Below are positions 38,701 to 49,659 of a DNA stretch of 64,000 nucleotides, piece by piece. The stretch comes from Malacoraja senta (lineage: Eukaryota): the NCBI GenBank assembly GCA_038087875.1, contig CM075998.1, positions 3,350,001 to 3,414,000 of the forward strand. Direction: 5' to 3'. The position numbers and the translations under genes are program-made. Positions within the stretch are counted from its first letter, which is position 1; each line of letters begins with the position of its first letter. Below the pieces are notes generated by a model. That model searched no databases. It was given only the letters and a program-made list of their open reading frames with translations, and was not told the DNA's origin.

Positions 38701-41700
38701 AAGAAAAAACACAAATAATGCCTTAGTTGATGAAATGCAGTGAGCAAACGGCCAATGTTCGACAAGCACTCTGGCTGTTGTCCCTTCAGCTCTCGCTTCT
38801 ATCTACCGTCATTTCTCCTCACTTTTTGAATTCTGAAGTAGGCTAAATGCCTCTCATGCTTATCCCGATTTCCATAATTATTTACAGCGCAAAAATTGAC
38901 AATTTCGGCGGGTTTTAACGGGCCCGTTACGCTGGAAACAATGGTAAGTGCTCACATGCAGTTCATTGCGTGTAATCCATTTGGCAACAGTACGGGTCAT
39001 GGGTTGTGACACTATAGAGCATACAACAGTTCTTTGAGCAAAACTCCAAAATTGAGTTTGCCCCACATTGGAAAAAGTGGTCATACTCACTGCCTTCTTT
39101 GAGATACCAGCTTACTACTAGTGAATTCCACAACCAGGTACAAAGAGCCGAGCCAAACAACTGCCCTCCATAAAGTTGACACTCAGCATTGACTGCACGA
39201 TTTGGGACACTTTGGTAAATCTCCTCCTGCAAGACTTCTAACTCAGAAAAGTTGCAATGCTGCCCATCTTCCAATTCCACTGTAAACAATGAAGCAATTT
39301 TTTGCGCCACTGTCACCTCTGCATTTGCAGTAAGGTGCAGTTAATTCATTTGTACAATTAATAATTATATATTCTGCACACCACTCCTTCCAGGAAAACT
39401 CATCGTTTGCTTCCATCCTCATCAAATTGGGCGCGAAGAGAAAGCAAGCAGCGTTAGAAAACTGGGCAGATTACGGTTACTCAAGATTGGGGTTAAAGCT
39501 TCGCACACATTGTTGCAATATTTGCTGCAGACTTCAGATTATGTAACTGGAGAACTTGATTGCCCATTTGTACGTGGCCCTTGCAGTACTCGATTAGCTG
39601 GAACCCAGTTTAAAACAAAAAAACCCACTAATATTGCAGAGCATCTTTCATTAGATGCTACTTTCATTTCCTACTGCAGTGTTAGGAATGATATTCGAGA
39701 TGGAGCTAGAGAGCGATTTCAAAAGTCAAGAAGTTGTGTTACAGGGAACTGGCACAGAAGAGAAGTTGAGGCTAGCACAGATTAGCCACGCCGTGAGTTT
39801 AGGAGTATGCAAAAAGGACAGTATGACTAAGTTTTTCACATAAAAACTTAACATTCAAAAAATTAACCACTCGTCTGCATGATTGCTGTTTGACTTGCTT
39901 AATGCTGTCAGAAGTCTCTTGTTTGTTCTGATTTTAAGCAAGTTTGTTTTCTTTTCAATCTTACTAAATTTCAGTGCCATGTTTGTGATGTCATTTACTT
40001 CCAGATTGGGGCAGACAAGTCAAGATGACAACAGGAGTATAAAGACCATCTCTCCAATGAGCCATTAGGTAAATTAGAAAGAGAAATTGTATTCATTTAA
40101 GCGGCCCCTCATTACATCAGACCATCTCCAATGCAATACTTAAATGGAATCACCGCTTTGGCAAATGCAAGAGTCACTTTGCGCTCAGCAAATCTCCAGC
40201 AGCAAATGCAATAGGCAATCTGAAATGAACAACATTGACTGAAGATGAAATGTAACCTGGATGTTTGAATTCTTTTACTGTTCTTTGAACATTACCAAGG
40301 AGCTAAACAAGCAAATGGATATTTTATTTCAAAGAACAAACCTCTTCCTCAGCACCATTTCAAAGCTTTCATTTCAGTAAAATGATTGTCGGCTGGAGCG
40401 CAAGCGACCGAGGCAAGTGTGTAAATGGTGCAAAAAGGAAATATGCAAAGTGCACTCAGCTATAATAATTTACATTTCAATAAGGTATAACTATATTTAA
40501 CATCTCAATTTTATGAATGTTTCTAAAAAGTTTTAATACAAAAACCATTTTATAAAACTCGCAGCCTTATGGGGAATTTAAACTTACATTATCGACACAC
40601 AAACATGCAAGGTATAGCACAAGACTGTCAGACTGTGAATCCAAGGAACCCATCAAATGTTAATGGAAATCAAAATGTGGCTTGCCAGGCATAGAAAGCA
40701 TTAAGACTTTGAGACGTTCTTTCATAGTAAGTGTCTGCACAACTCTTAATCTACAAGTAAACCTGGATCCAGTAGTCTGACTGTGCACATGTTTACAAGG
40801 TGATTTTATGGTATGTAACTTCAGAGGTAATGTGAGAAACTGGTTGGATTACCACCTGGGGCGCCGTCGAGTATGGCTGCCCTGCCAGCAGCTGTTAGTT
40901 TTTTCACCCTTTTTAAAAAATTTTAGTTAGTTAAAAGTGTTTGTTTTTGGATGTCTTTAGTCTTTTTATGTGGGGGGTTGGGGGGAAAGGGGGAAACTAT
41001 TTTCGCAGTCCCTACCTGGTCGGAGATGCGGCTTTTCTCCGAGCCGTATCTTCGCCCCTTCCTCGCGGCCTACGGGCAGACTGGAGCGGCGTTTTCCTGC
41101 CGGGACCAGCCAGGACTTCAGCTTCGGCGGCGGCACAGCGCTGAAGTCCCATCGCGGAGTGGGCGATGCCTAACCCGGGTCGCCGTGCAGCAGGCTCCGG
41201 AGTGCTGTGACCGCTGCCACCAACATCGCGGAGCTGCGGTCTGCGGTCAGTGGAGCTTCCAGCCGCGGGCGGCGCTGAGCTCTAAACACCGCGGAGCCTG
41301 GGATCTGACGACGAGGTCGCCAGAGTCAGAGCATCGACCAGCGCGGCTCGCAGCTCGTGGACTTCGGGAGCCGTGGTCTACTGGGAGGAGGCGGCCGCTC
41401 CAGACACTCCGGGCCGCTGAGAGTGTTCACCCGACGCCAGAATTCCATCATCCGGCGAGAGGGCCTGAGGCATCAGGCTGCCGTGGCGGCGACTGCAGAG
41501 GCCTCAATAGGCCCCGACTATGGGTGAACTGGGGATGGGACTGGACTTTGCTGCCTTCCCCCACAGTGGGAACCATTGTGGGGGGATGTTTTTATGTTGT
41601 TAAATTCTTGGATGTAATCTTTATTTGTGTGCTGCATTGGCAAGTCAAATTTCACTGCACCAATAGGTGTATGTGACAATAAATGTTTATCTATCTATCT

Positions 41701-43972
41701 ATCTATCTATATTCTAGTCTGTAGCTAACTCCTAACCCTGCAAAGCCTTCCCACCATCTACAAGGCACGTCAGGAGTATGAAAGAATCCTCTCCACTTCC
41801 CTGGATGAGTGCAAGTGCAACACTCAGGCCAAAGCAGCCTGGTTAACTGAAACCACATCCACCGTCCATTGCTTTTACGAACTAAACACAAACAATGTGC
41901 ATCTTCTACAAAATACTTTGCAGCATCTTGCCCCAGGACGCTTCAAAGCTGCATCCCAAACCCATGACTTCTAACACCAAGTACAATGGCAGAAGAAACA
42001 AGAGAACGGCAGCAACTCGAATGCACATACCTCCTAGAATTGGTAGTGTATTACTGATCCTTGATGTTAACTATGTGTACATCTTGCAGCTCCATTCTCA
42101 AAAGCACTGTGGGAGCACCATCACCAAGGAATTGCAGTGGTGGTTGCTCACCACTACATTCAAGAGGCAATTCAGGATGGAAATAAATGTAGCCTTGCCA
42201 GTGACACCAATAATTATGGAGGGAAAAAATACTAGTTCAACCAATAAACTAAAGAGATGGGTTTTGCCCATGGTGGCAGGCCTACAAAAGTCAATGCAAA
42301 AGGTTCAAACTGCAACAGTGTAATGCTATGTGCACAGCGGCTTCAAATGATACAAAATGCCAACATTGTCTAATTGTTAATTATCCGTGTGGAGGGGAAG
42401 GAACCAGCTAGAACTGGCAGCTTAAAATGCAAATGTACAATCACCCAGACTTACCAGCCTCTCGCACTCAGTTTCTGCTTTCTGACGGCGTTTCATCTCA
42501 ACGTCAACTTGGTTACGAGCGTGCTTCAGCTTGACATCAAGGGCACTCCGCTCTGTTTCAGCTTTGGTTAGGCACTCTGCAGCACGGGACAGATCCAGCT
42601 GAGTTTTATGCCACTTTCGTCGGCACTCTTCGAAGTTACTAGCCAACTGAATAAATTCTGCAAGGAAATATTCACAGATATAAGAGTCTTCCTTTAAAAA
42701 AAAAAAAAGTTTTGCCAAAATCAAGATTGCTGTTCAGTAATAAAAATGTATCAACAGGGACATTTCTTATGTTGATGTAAATTTGACTTGAGTGCTATTT
42801 TAAAATTTACCATTTTATTCCCCAAAAGGAAGTTAAAATATATACAGCACTGCCAGAACTTAAGCATGTTCCGTGTAAGAAGGAACTGCAAATGCTGGTT
42901 TAAACCAAAGATAGACACAAAAAGCTGGAGTAACTCAGCAGGACAGGCAGCATCTCTGGAGAGAAGGAATGAGTGACGATTCAGGCAGTGACCCTTCTTC
43001 ATGTTCTGGATGGGACAAACAATTATCCCAGTTTCATTTACACTCTACCATCTCTCATCAATCTGCCCTTGATTTTTTTCCATGATTCTTTTATGTCACC
43101 AATTTATACCCCTTGAACTTTAAGCCCAAGAACATGTAAATGGTCTACACCAAGGTCAATTCCAGCTGACTAGTACAAGTCCACAGGTTCAAGATAAGTC
43201 GGGTCATGAAGAGATATATTCAAGCCACAAAAAATTCTAGAATGTATGCAGGAGAAACAACTTAGGGAGTTTGGAGGAGGTGGGAAACAAGTACCAACAC
43301 AGAATGAGTCATTGATTTGACAACCAGCACGTGGATGAACGAGTGCACATCAGCTAGGGCTACTACACAGGGATTCTGGGACTAGGGGAGGCATTTGATT
43401 CAAACAAATGAAAAGCTGAGCAGTAATAAGTGTCTATTAATTGCATTGGACTGATACAAATGTTATGCAATGATAAGGGGGTCAGCCACCCTTTAGCGAC
43501 CAAGTGGAAATTAACAATTTGAATCAAGCAATAGAGGCAGAGGGAAAGAGAGCACTTGAGGCAGAAAAAAAATCGACAATTAATTTGCCTCAAGGCAACT
43601 TATTTTTGCTTGTATTTATGTTTTAAGGCACAAGTAAGTTACAGATTTGAAAAAATAAAATACAAGTTACAAACATGCTCATTTGATATTAAAGTGATGA
43701 GTTTTGACACAAGTAACATCAATCCTTACATTTCAAAAGAATAAATTACTTTAATGCTATAATTATCTTGAACAGCTCACTAAGCAGAGATTAACCCATC
43801 CCATAGATTTTACACCTGTATTCACAGCGTCTAAAAATTGCACTGATCACTCCCATATTTCATTATGATCAAAGTAAACATGCTTACGAGGTTCAATTCC
43901 TTCATTTAGTATTTCCATCTGTCGGAGCATCTGCTCGAACATCCCACGTGGAGTCACCATTGTGGATTCCAT
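20626..43972 (-). CDS. RACGAP1: Rac GTPase-activating protein 1 (MgcRacGAP/CYK-4), spliced gene with 16 coding exons, 1887 nt, 628 aa
   Basis: Exons 43972-43888, 42657-42455, 36888-36749, 34988-34919, 33938-33885, 33264-33199, 31683-31566, 30506-30370, 30009-29845, 29546-29451, 28865-28667, 27754-27649, 26509-26377, 25584-25458, 23364-23253, 20701-20626. All introns are GT-AG and phases chain into one open frame. Coiled coil ([22 protein letters not shown]), C1 domain ([16 protein letters not shown]...CRDC...HPEC), RhoGAP domain (GLYRISG) and C-terminal FFASPMLK match vertebrate RACGAP1. Confidence 0.98.
21732..22030 (-). mobile_element. HE1-like V-SINE
   Basis: Same family. Confidence 0.85.
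22213..23040 (-). mobile_element. GC-rich non-autonomous retroposon with L2-type tail
   Basis: Body shared with 40859-41705 and 4898-5210; tail resembles the L2 tail at 7565-7625. Confidence 0.75.
23253..23364 (-). CDS. RACGAP1: RACGAP1 exon ([37 protein letters not shown])
   Basis: ccttag| ... AA|gtaagt; 112 nt. Confidence 0.96.
23515..23772 (+). mobile_element. Rex1/Babar-like LINE 3' end
   Basis: Tail aagaatttcattgt...acatgacaataaa(cttgaa)n. Confidence 0.65.
23965..24590 (-). mobile_element. Rex1/Babar-like LINE RT fragment
   Basis: [16 protein letters not shown]...[16 protein letters not shown]...KKAHQ. Confidence 0.8.
25458..25584 (-). CDS. RACGAP1: RACGAP1 exon ([24 protein letters not shown]...STPEVK)
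   Basis: tgttag| ... G|gtacca; 127 nt. Confidence 0.95.
26377..26509 (-). CDS. RACGAP1: RACGAP1 RhoGAP exon ([24 protein letters not shown]...QQPK)
   Basis: ctccag| ... |gtacgt; 133 nt. Confidence 0.97.
26905..27320 (-). mobile_element. Degraded CR1 3' fragment
   Basis: Similar to the other CR1 tails in the window. Confidence 0.7.
27649..27754 (-). CDS. RACGAP1: RACGAP1 RhoGAP exon ([14 protein letters not shown]...LVNHLQR)
   Basis: ctgcag| ... AG|gtatgt; 106 nt. Confidence 0.97.
28667..28865 (-). CDS. RACGAP1: RACGAP1 RhoGAP exon with arginine finger ([19 protein letters not shown]...)
   Basis: ctttag| ... G|gtttgt; 199 nt. Confidence 0.97.
29451..29546 (-). CDS. RACGAP1: RACGAP1 RhoGAP exon ([32 protein letters not shown])
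   Basis: ttctag| ... |gtagga; 96 nt. Confidence 0.97.
29845..30009 (-). CDS. RACGAP1: RACGAP1 C1-domain exon
   Basis: [55 protein letters not shown]; 165 nt. Confidence 0.98.
30370..30506 (-). CDS. RACGAP1: RACGAP1 exon (...[18 protein letters not shown])
   Basis: ctgcag| ... |gtattc; 137 nt, restores phase 0. Confidence 0.94.
31566..31683 (-). CDS. RACGAP1: RACGAP1 exon ([39 protein letters not shown])
   Basis: tttcag| ... G|gtaaat; 118 nt. Confidence 0.97.
32805..33075 (-). mobile_element. HE1-like V-SINE
   Basis: Same family, diverged. Confidence 0.8.
33199..33264 (-). CDS. RACGAP1: RACGAP1 exon ([22 protein letters not shown])
   Basis: ttccag| ... AAG|gtgggc; 66 nt, phase 0-0; divergent linker region, so the donor is less certain. 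Confidence 0.85.
33885..33938 (-). CDS. RACGAP1: RACGAP1 exon ([18 protein letters not shown])
   Basis: atgcag| ... |gtaagt; 54 nt. Confidence 0.96.
34919..34988 (-). CDS. RACGAP1: RACGAP1 exon ([24 protein letters not shown])
   Basis: tattag| ... |gtaatc; 70 nt; not in the ORF track. Confidence 0.96.
35739..36020 (+). mobile_element. HE1-like V-SINE
   Basis: A-box, B-box GGTTCGATCC and V-domain. Confidence 0.85.
36749..36888 (-). CDS. RACGAP1: RACGAP1 exon ([11 protein letters not shown]...[11 protein letters not shown]...NR)
   Basis: tttaag| ... CG|gtagta; 140 nt. Confidence 0.95.
38221..39020. mobile_element. Foldback non-autonomous DNA transposon with inverted THAP-domain fragments (ISL2EU/Harbinger-like)
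   Basis: Arms about 38294-38586 and 38647-38896 are reverse complements; termini GCTCTA...TAGAGC flanked by ATA on both sides; THAP-like peptide ending [10 protein letters not shown]. Confidence 0.75.
40859..41708 (+). mobile_element. GC-rich non-autonomous retroposon with Rex/Babar-type tail
   Basis: Starts GGGCGCCG..TATGGCTGC like the 23040 copy; ends atttcactgcac...gtgacaataaa(tatc)n. Confidence 0.75.
42455..42657 (-). CDS. RACGAP1: RACGAP1 coiled-coil exon ([16 protein letters not shown]...ETECERL)
   Basis: ttgcag| ... |gtaagt; 203 nt; lies within ORF 42422..42724. Confidence 0.97.
43888..43972 (-). CDS. RACGAP1: RACGAP1 first coding exon ([28 protein letters not shown])
   Basis: Acceptor tctcag|GACAATG, donor C|gtaagc; 85 coding nt; resembles the RACGAP1 N-terminus. 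Confidence 0.93.
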
Positions 43973-44378
43973 TGTCCTGAGATTAAAGCAATGGTGTTAC
44001 AAAATAATGCGACCACAACAATTGACAGCTTTCACTGTGAAATATCCCCTTGCAGATACAAGGATCATAAGGAGAGGAAAAAGGGCCAAGTCTTGGAAAT
44101 AATACTGGATAAAGGGGCACTGGTGGATGTAAAATACTGAAGCTTGCCTGAAGACATTTGATAGGGTGCCATCAGCCAAATGGGATTTCATATTAATTTT
44201 ATTATATCTATACCAACTCCACTCAGTCCTATCATCCCTGTCAGGGTGTCCTGTTATATCCTTCATTAGAGATTCCAAGATTCCCCCGAGCATTGCCATC
44301 AGGTTAGATAAGAAACAAGCCGTGAAATGGACACAGTAGTGGCAAATGATATAGATGTCAAAGAGCTGCAGATACAGA

Positions 44379-44587
44379 TTTATACCAAGGCTACACACAA
44401 AGTGCTGGAGTAACTCTGCGGGTCAGGCAGCATCTCTGGAGAAAATGGATAGGGGACATTTCAGGTCGGGACGCTTCTTCAGAATCTGAAGATGGGTCTC
44501 GACCCGAAACGTCACATCCTTTTTCTCCAGAGATGCTGCCTGACCCACTGAGTTACTCCAGCACTTTGTGTGTAGCCTTGGTATAAA
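44379..44587. repeat. ~105-bp-arm palindrome made of two inverted Penelope-derived elements
   Basis: tttataccaaggctacacacaaagtgctggagtaactc... vs ...gagttactccagcactttgtgtgtagccttggtataaa; centre near 44484. Confidence 0.9.
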
Positions 44588-45734
44588 CCAGCATACGAGA
44601 AAAAGTTAAATTGTATTTATGTTTTTCCAGCCAAAAAAGGGGAAAGTTATTTAAATGGTGCAGAAAAGAGATGTAGATGGGATCAGGGCGTCCCAGTGTA
44701 TGATCTGCAAAAGGCAAGAATGCAGGTACAGCAAGTAGGAAATCTAACATTATGCTTATTGCGAGGTGACTCCAATGCAAGAGTAGGGAGGTTAGACTTC
44801 AGTTATAATGGACAGTGATGAGACCATGTCGGGAGTACCCTGAACAGAAGGTAGACACAAAATGCTGGAGTAACTCAGCCGGTCAGGCAGCATCTCTGGA
44901 GAGAAGGAATGGGTGACGTTTCGGTTCAAGACCCTTCTTCAGACTACACATTTCGTCCGTACCATGTACAGAAATGGTCATAAGGAAAGGTGCAAATGCT
45001 TTGGAAGCAATTCAAACGAGGTTTACTGGACTCATACCTAGAATGGTAGCTTATCTTATGGAGGAATGGGTTGGGTAGTCATACGGTAGATTCAGAACAT
45101 TTCTCCCCAGTATGGAAATGTCAGACTAGACGGCATTGCTTTTAGGTAAGAGGGGCAAAGTTTAAAGATGTGTGGGGCCAGTGGGTAGTAGGTGCCTGGA
45201 AAGCTCTGCTAGGGCAGTGTTGGAGGCAGACACAATAGTGACGCACAAGAGGCTTTTTGATAGGCACATAGGTATGCAGGGAATGAAAGGATGTGGATCA
45301 TGTGCAAGCAGATAAGATTAGTTTATCTTGGCATCACATTTGGCACAGATGTTGTGGGCCAAATGGCCTGATCCAATGCTGTACTGTTCTATGTTCTAGG
45401 CTTGAGGTCACTGTGAAGGACCTCTCTGTAACACCAGGTCCCGAGGGGTCTTGAGAGAGTGAACGTGGAGGGAATGTTTCCTCTTAAGGAACAATGTCAC
45501 CCTTGATTACTTGCGATTGATCATCACAAGTTTATCAAAATGTATTTGGCTGCATCTAACCAAATTTGTCTCTTAACATGACTAAAATCTTGCAAAATGT
45601 CCTGCTATTTTATTAGCCTTTAAAAGTGAAGACACCATGTGTTCTTGTCACCCCTTGCCTTGAGCTTGGGGGGGGGGGGGGGGGTTGGGAAAGGATCACT
45701 GTTTTAAAAGGATTGCCTGCTTGAGAGGCTTTAG

Positions 45735-46535
45735 TCGAGGAATGGTTGATGGAATTTAATAGAGAAGTGTGAGGTGTTGCATTTTGGGATGTCGAACAAG
45801 GGCAGGACCTACACAGTAAATGGTAGGCCTCTTGGTAGTGTTGTAGAGCAGATGGACCTAGGAGTACAGGTGCATGGTTTCTTGAAGGTAGAGTTGCAGG
45901 TGGATAAGGTGGTCAAAAAGGCTTTCAACACTTTGGCCTTCGCCAGTCAGTATATTGAGTACAGAAGTTGGGAGGTCATGTTGTAGTTCTAAAAGATTTT
46001 GGTGAGATCGCATTTAGAATATTGTGTTCAGTTCTGGGCACCATGTTATAGGAAAGATATTGTCCAGCTTGAAAGGGTTCAGAAAAGATTTACAAGGATG
46101 TTGCCAGGACTAGAGGGTGTGAGCTATAGGGAGAGGTTGAGCAGGCTGGGTCTCTATTCCATGGAGCACAGGAGGATGAGGGGTGATCTTATAGAGGTGT
46201 ACAAAATCATGAGGAATAGATCGGGGAGATGCGCAGTCTCTTGCCCAGAGTAGGGGAATAGAGGACCAGAGGACATAGGTTCAAGGTGAAGGGGAAAAGA
46301 GTTAATAGGAATCCGAGGGTAACTTTTTCCACACAAAGTGTGGTGGGTGTATGGAACAAGCTGCCAGAAGAGGTAGCTGAGGCTGGGACTATCCCATTGT
46401 TTAAGAAACAGTTAGACAGGTACATTGATAGTACAGGTTTGGAGGGATATGGACCAAGCGCAGGCAAGTGGGACTAGTGTATCTAGGACATTGTTGGCAA
46501 GTTGGGCCGAAGGGCCCGTTTCCACACTGCATCAC
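45735..46535 (+). mobile_element. CR1 LINE 3' fragment
   Basis: LHFG...DLGV...HLEYCVQFWAP...TRGH...WNKLP with stops and frameshifts. Confidence 0.92.
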
Positions 46536-47779
46536 TCCATAAGATTATCTTTCAGATAATTGTCTTTTAATTTTAAGTCATCAGTCTGATTTTTTTTTTT
46601 TTTACAGCAGATTTGATTATCAAGCATGTAGGAAGGAACTGCAAATGCTGGTTTAAACCGCAAACACAAAAAGCTGGAGTGACTCAGCGGGACAGGCAGC
46701 ATCTCTGGAGAGAAGGAATGGGTGATGTTTTGGGTTGAGACCATTCTTCAGACTCCAGTTGAATGGATACCACAGGTAGGTGAGAATGCAGAGTTGCAAT
46801 TACAACCAGATTAGCCACGACCTTATTACATGGAGGGCGAGACTTAAGGGTTCAAGTGGCCTGTTGTTACCCTGAATGTGCATGTTATTCAAAAGGCTTC
46901 ATCTAAAACTTGGCTACCCAGGTGAATGTTTAGCTACTTCCCGTCTCTCCCATTGCTGAAAGGCAACAGTTGGCTGGAAATCTCAAATGCAAGATATTCA
47001 GCTTAATTGAATAAAAGAAAGCTCCAGATGTTCCCTGGAAAATTATAAAATGGCTAACTGCCCAAAGCTGGAGATCACAGCTGTTCAGCAGCACCTTCTA
47101 CAAATCAAGGAATTCTAGCTCAACACAATGATCATGACAAGAACAATATGGAGTACAACTTAAAAACGGCGTCATTTCTGACAAGACTTCAACTGCAATA
47201 AGATCACAAATTTGATGAGATGGTGAGATGAAATTTATTGCCAATTATTTATTAGATCACCTACATCCATACAGACCAATGGGATCAGTGGATCTTTTCA
47301 TTCTACCAAAGACAATCCTAGTTCAAAAATATTCAGCCAACACTTTGAAACTGAACAAAAGCAACCTCTCATCTGTTCAAATATACAACGGCGCTGAACG
47401 ACAATTGGACAGAAGCCCAAGTTAAACTGTTCGCAGATGAGAAAACGCACTCTGCAAGAATGTGTAAAAATAAAGCATGCCTGCAACAAGCACAAACTCA
47501 GCAATTATTATACAAAAATATTAAAACCGGACCCAACACGGGGACAGTCGTTATACAGTCCCCTCTAGAACCCAGTATGATGGCACCCCCAGTATTATAA
47601 ACTGAAATTCCACACTAAGCCAAGACTGCTGATTGATCATTTTGTTCCATACTGTAGTGTATGGCGTCCTTCCACCACCCCTTCCCACCCACCCACTCCC
47701 ACGTACCCCTCCTCCTCATCTCCCCCACCCTTTTAAAACACCTTTCCCCTGCCACTTTGATATCAGCGCTAAAGAGGCC

Positions 47780-48520
47780 GAAGGACAGCCACGTCTGCAC
47801 GGTGTGCTCCGGGTCAATGCGCCGACAGCTCCTCGCCCATCCCTGCAACCGCTGCCCCCGGTCGCGGCTGAGTGAGCAACGGTCGAATTGTCGCGACGAT
47901 GGAAGGAAGGAAGGAGAGAAGGAAGAGGGGAAGGGAGGGGGAGAATGTAAGAAGGTCGCCAAAGCCGTGATTACCGGGATCTGGGGAAAACATAACCAAA
48001 GGAATTCAAAACGGGGGGGGGGGGGGGGGGGGGGGGGGGCGAGTACAGCAGTCACAGCGGCAGCCCCCGCCCTAGGGCTCGGCTGCGGCAACAAGGATGG
48101 AGGCGCCGATCGAAAGTAGGCGGCAGTAGAGGATTTTAGTTGTTTTTTTGTGTGGGGGGGGTTTAAAAAAAGGCAAATTCCCTCACCCCCAGAGGTAAAT
48201 TCAACATTTTTTTCCTTCGATCTCCCTCCCCCGGACGCCCCCATACCTGACGGGTAAGGCTCCGGGCCGCTGCTCTGCCGGCTGTCCGCTTCGCTCTGTC
48301 GCCGCCGCGCTCCAATCCAGCGGCCGTTACTTTCCTTTTTGCGCGGGCCCGATTTGAAATCTCCCCCGACGGCCAATCAGGAGGCGCGCTTGCGCGGAGC
48401 CCTCCTCTGCCCGACGCGTGACGTCACCGCCCGTCTCACGTGATCGATCTTTGCTCACGACCAAAGAGATACGCTCACGACCGACGACAAGTTCACCCGA
48501 GCGCCGAGTGAGTGGCAGCT
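47780..48520 (-). promoter_or_regulatory. CpG-island promoter of RACGAP1 with CHR (TTTGAA 48353-48358), CCAAT boxes (48312-48316, 48373-48377), CRE TGACGTCA (48419-48426) and E-box TCACGTGA (48436-48443)
   Basis: High CpG density outside repeats; motifs read directly from the sequence. Confidence 0.8.
48247..48340 (-). other. RACGAP1: Probable non-coding first exon of RACGAP1 (5' end approximate)
   Basis: Strong donor CAG|gtatgg at 48247/48246 inside a CpG island. The ATG exon begins with an acceptor only 4 nt before the ATG, so an upstream exon is required. Confidence 0.7.
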
Positions 48521-48788
48521 TGATAATATGTGTCGGAAGGAACTGCAGATGGTCATGGAGTAAGACAGCGTGGAAACAGGCCCTTCGGCCCAACTTGCCC
48601 AACATGTCTCAGCTACACTAGTCCCTCCTGCCTGTATTTGGTCCATATCCCTCCAAACCTGTCCTATCCATGTACCTGTAGTCCCAGCCTCAACTACCTC
48701 CTCTGGCAGCACGTTCCATACACCCACCACCCTTTGTGTGAAAAAAGTTACCCCTCGGATTCCTAAATCAGATGCTGGTTTACACCGT

Positions 48789-48964
48789 AGATAGACACAA
48801 AAAGCTGGAGTAACTCGGTGGGACAGGCAGCATCTCGAGAGAAGGAATGGGTGACGTTTCAGGCCGAGACCCTTCTTCAGAGTCGACTCAGAAACGTCAC
48901 CCATTCCTTCTCTCCAGAGATGCTGCCTGTCCCGCTGAGTTACTCCGGCTTTTTTTGTCTATCT
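48789..48964. repeat. Second inverted pair of the same Penelope-derived element
   Basis: agatagacacaaaaagctggagtaactc... vs ...gagttactccggctttttttgtctatct. Confidence 0.85.
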
Positions 48965-49659
48965 TGTGCTTGATAGAGTTAGTCAACACCACCCAAAATA
49001 GCACCAATGAATGTATTCTTGTTCTTGGTTTGTACATTTGTAAATGTTCTTTGTAAGTAACTTTTTAAAATAAATAAGGTTCCACCCCCACAAAATAAAC
49101 TTTATTCAGAATAGTTCATAAGGTCATAAGTTATTGTAATTGTAATTAATTTATTAGCCAAGTATAGGAGCAGAATTAGGTCATCCAACCCATCAGGTCT
49201 ACTCCGCCATTAAATCATGGCTGATCTATCTCTCCCTCCTAACCCCATTCTCCTGCCTTCTCCCCATAACCCCTGACACCTGTACCAATCAAGAATCTAT
49301 TCATCTCTGCCTTAAAAATATCTATTGACGTAGCCACAGCCTGCTCCAATGAATTGCCACAGAAGTTTAAATTTATTGTCATGTGTATCAAGGTGCAGTG
49401 AAAAGCTTTTAAAAATAGTAATACAGGGTGGAAATAGGCCCTTCGGCCCAACTTGACCACGTCAACCAACGTGGCTCATCTACAGTAGTCGCATCTGCCT
49501 GCGTTGGCCCATAATCTTTCTAAATAAAACATGATGCAGGTCTAAAGGACTGGTTAGGCTGCATTTTGAGCATCTGGTCGCTGCATTACAGGAAGAATGA
49601 AGGATTTGGCGAGGGTGCAGAAGAGATACTTGAGAGGTACAGATACTTGAGCGAGGAAC

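Noticed and set aside
38963..39425. Minus-strand ORFs with faint Tudor-like wording (FTVELEDGQ)
   Set aside because: Similarity too weak to judge by eye; no coherent splice structure
40951..41676. 241-aa ORF, and similar ORFs at 22344-23075 and 49900-50600
   Set aside because: GC-rich repeat bodies; reading frames are not conserved between copies
47615..48376. 253-aa minus-strand ORF
   Set aside because: Low-complexity read-through of the CpG island and a G homopolymer; it crosses the exon 1 donor and has no recognisable domain
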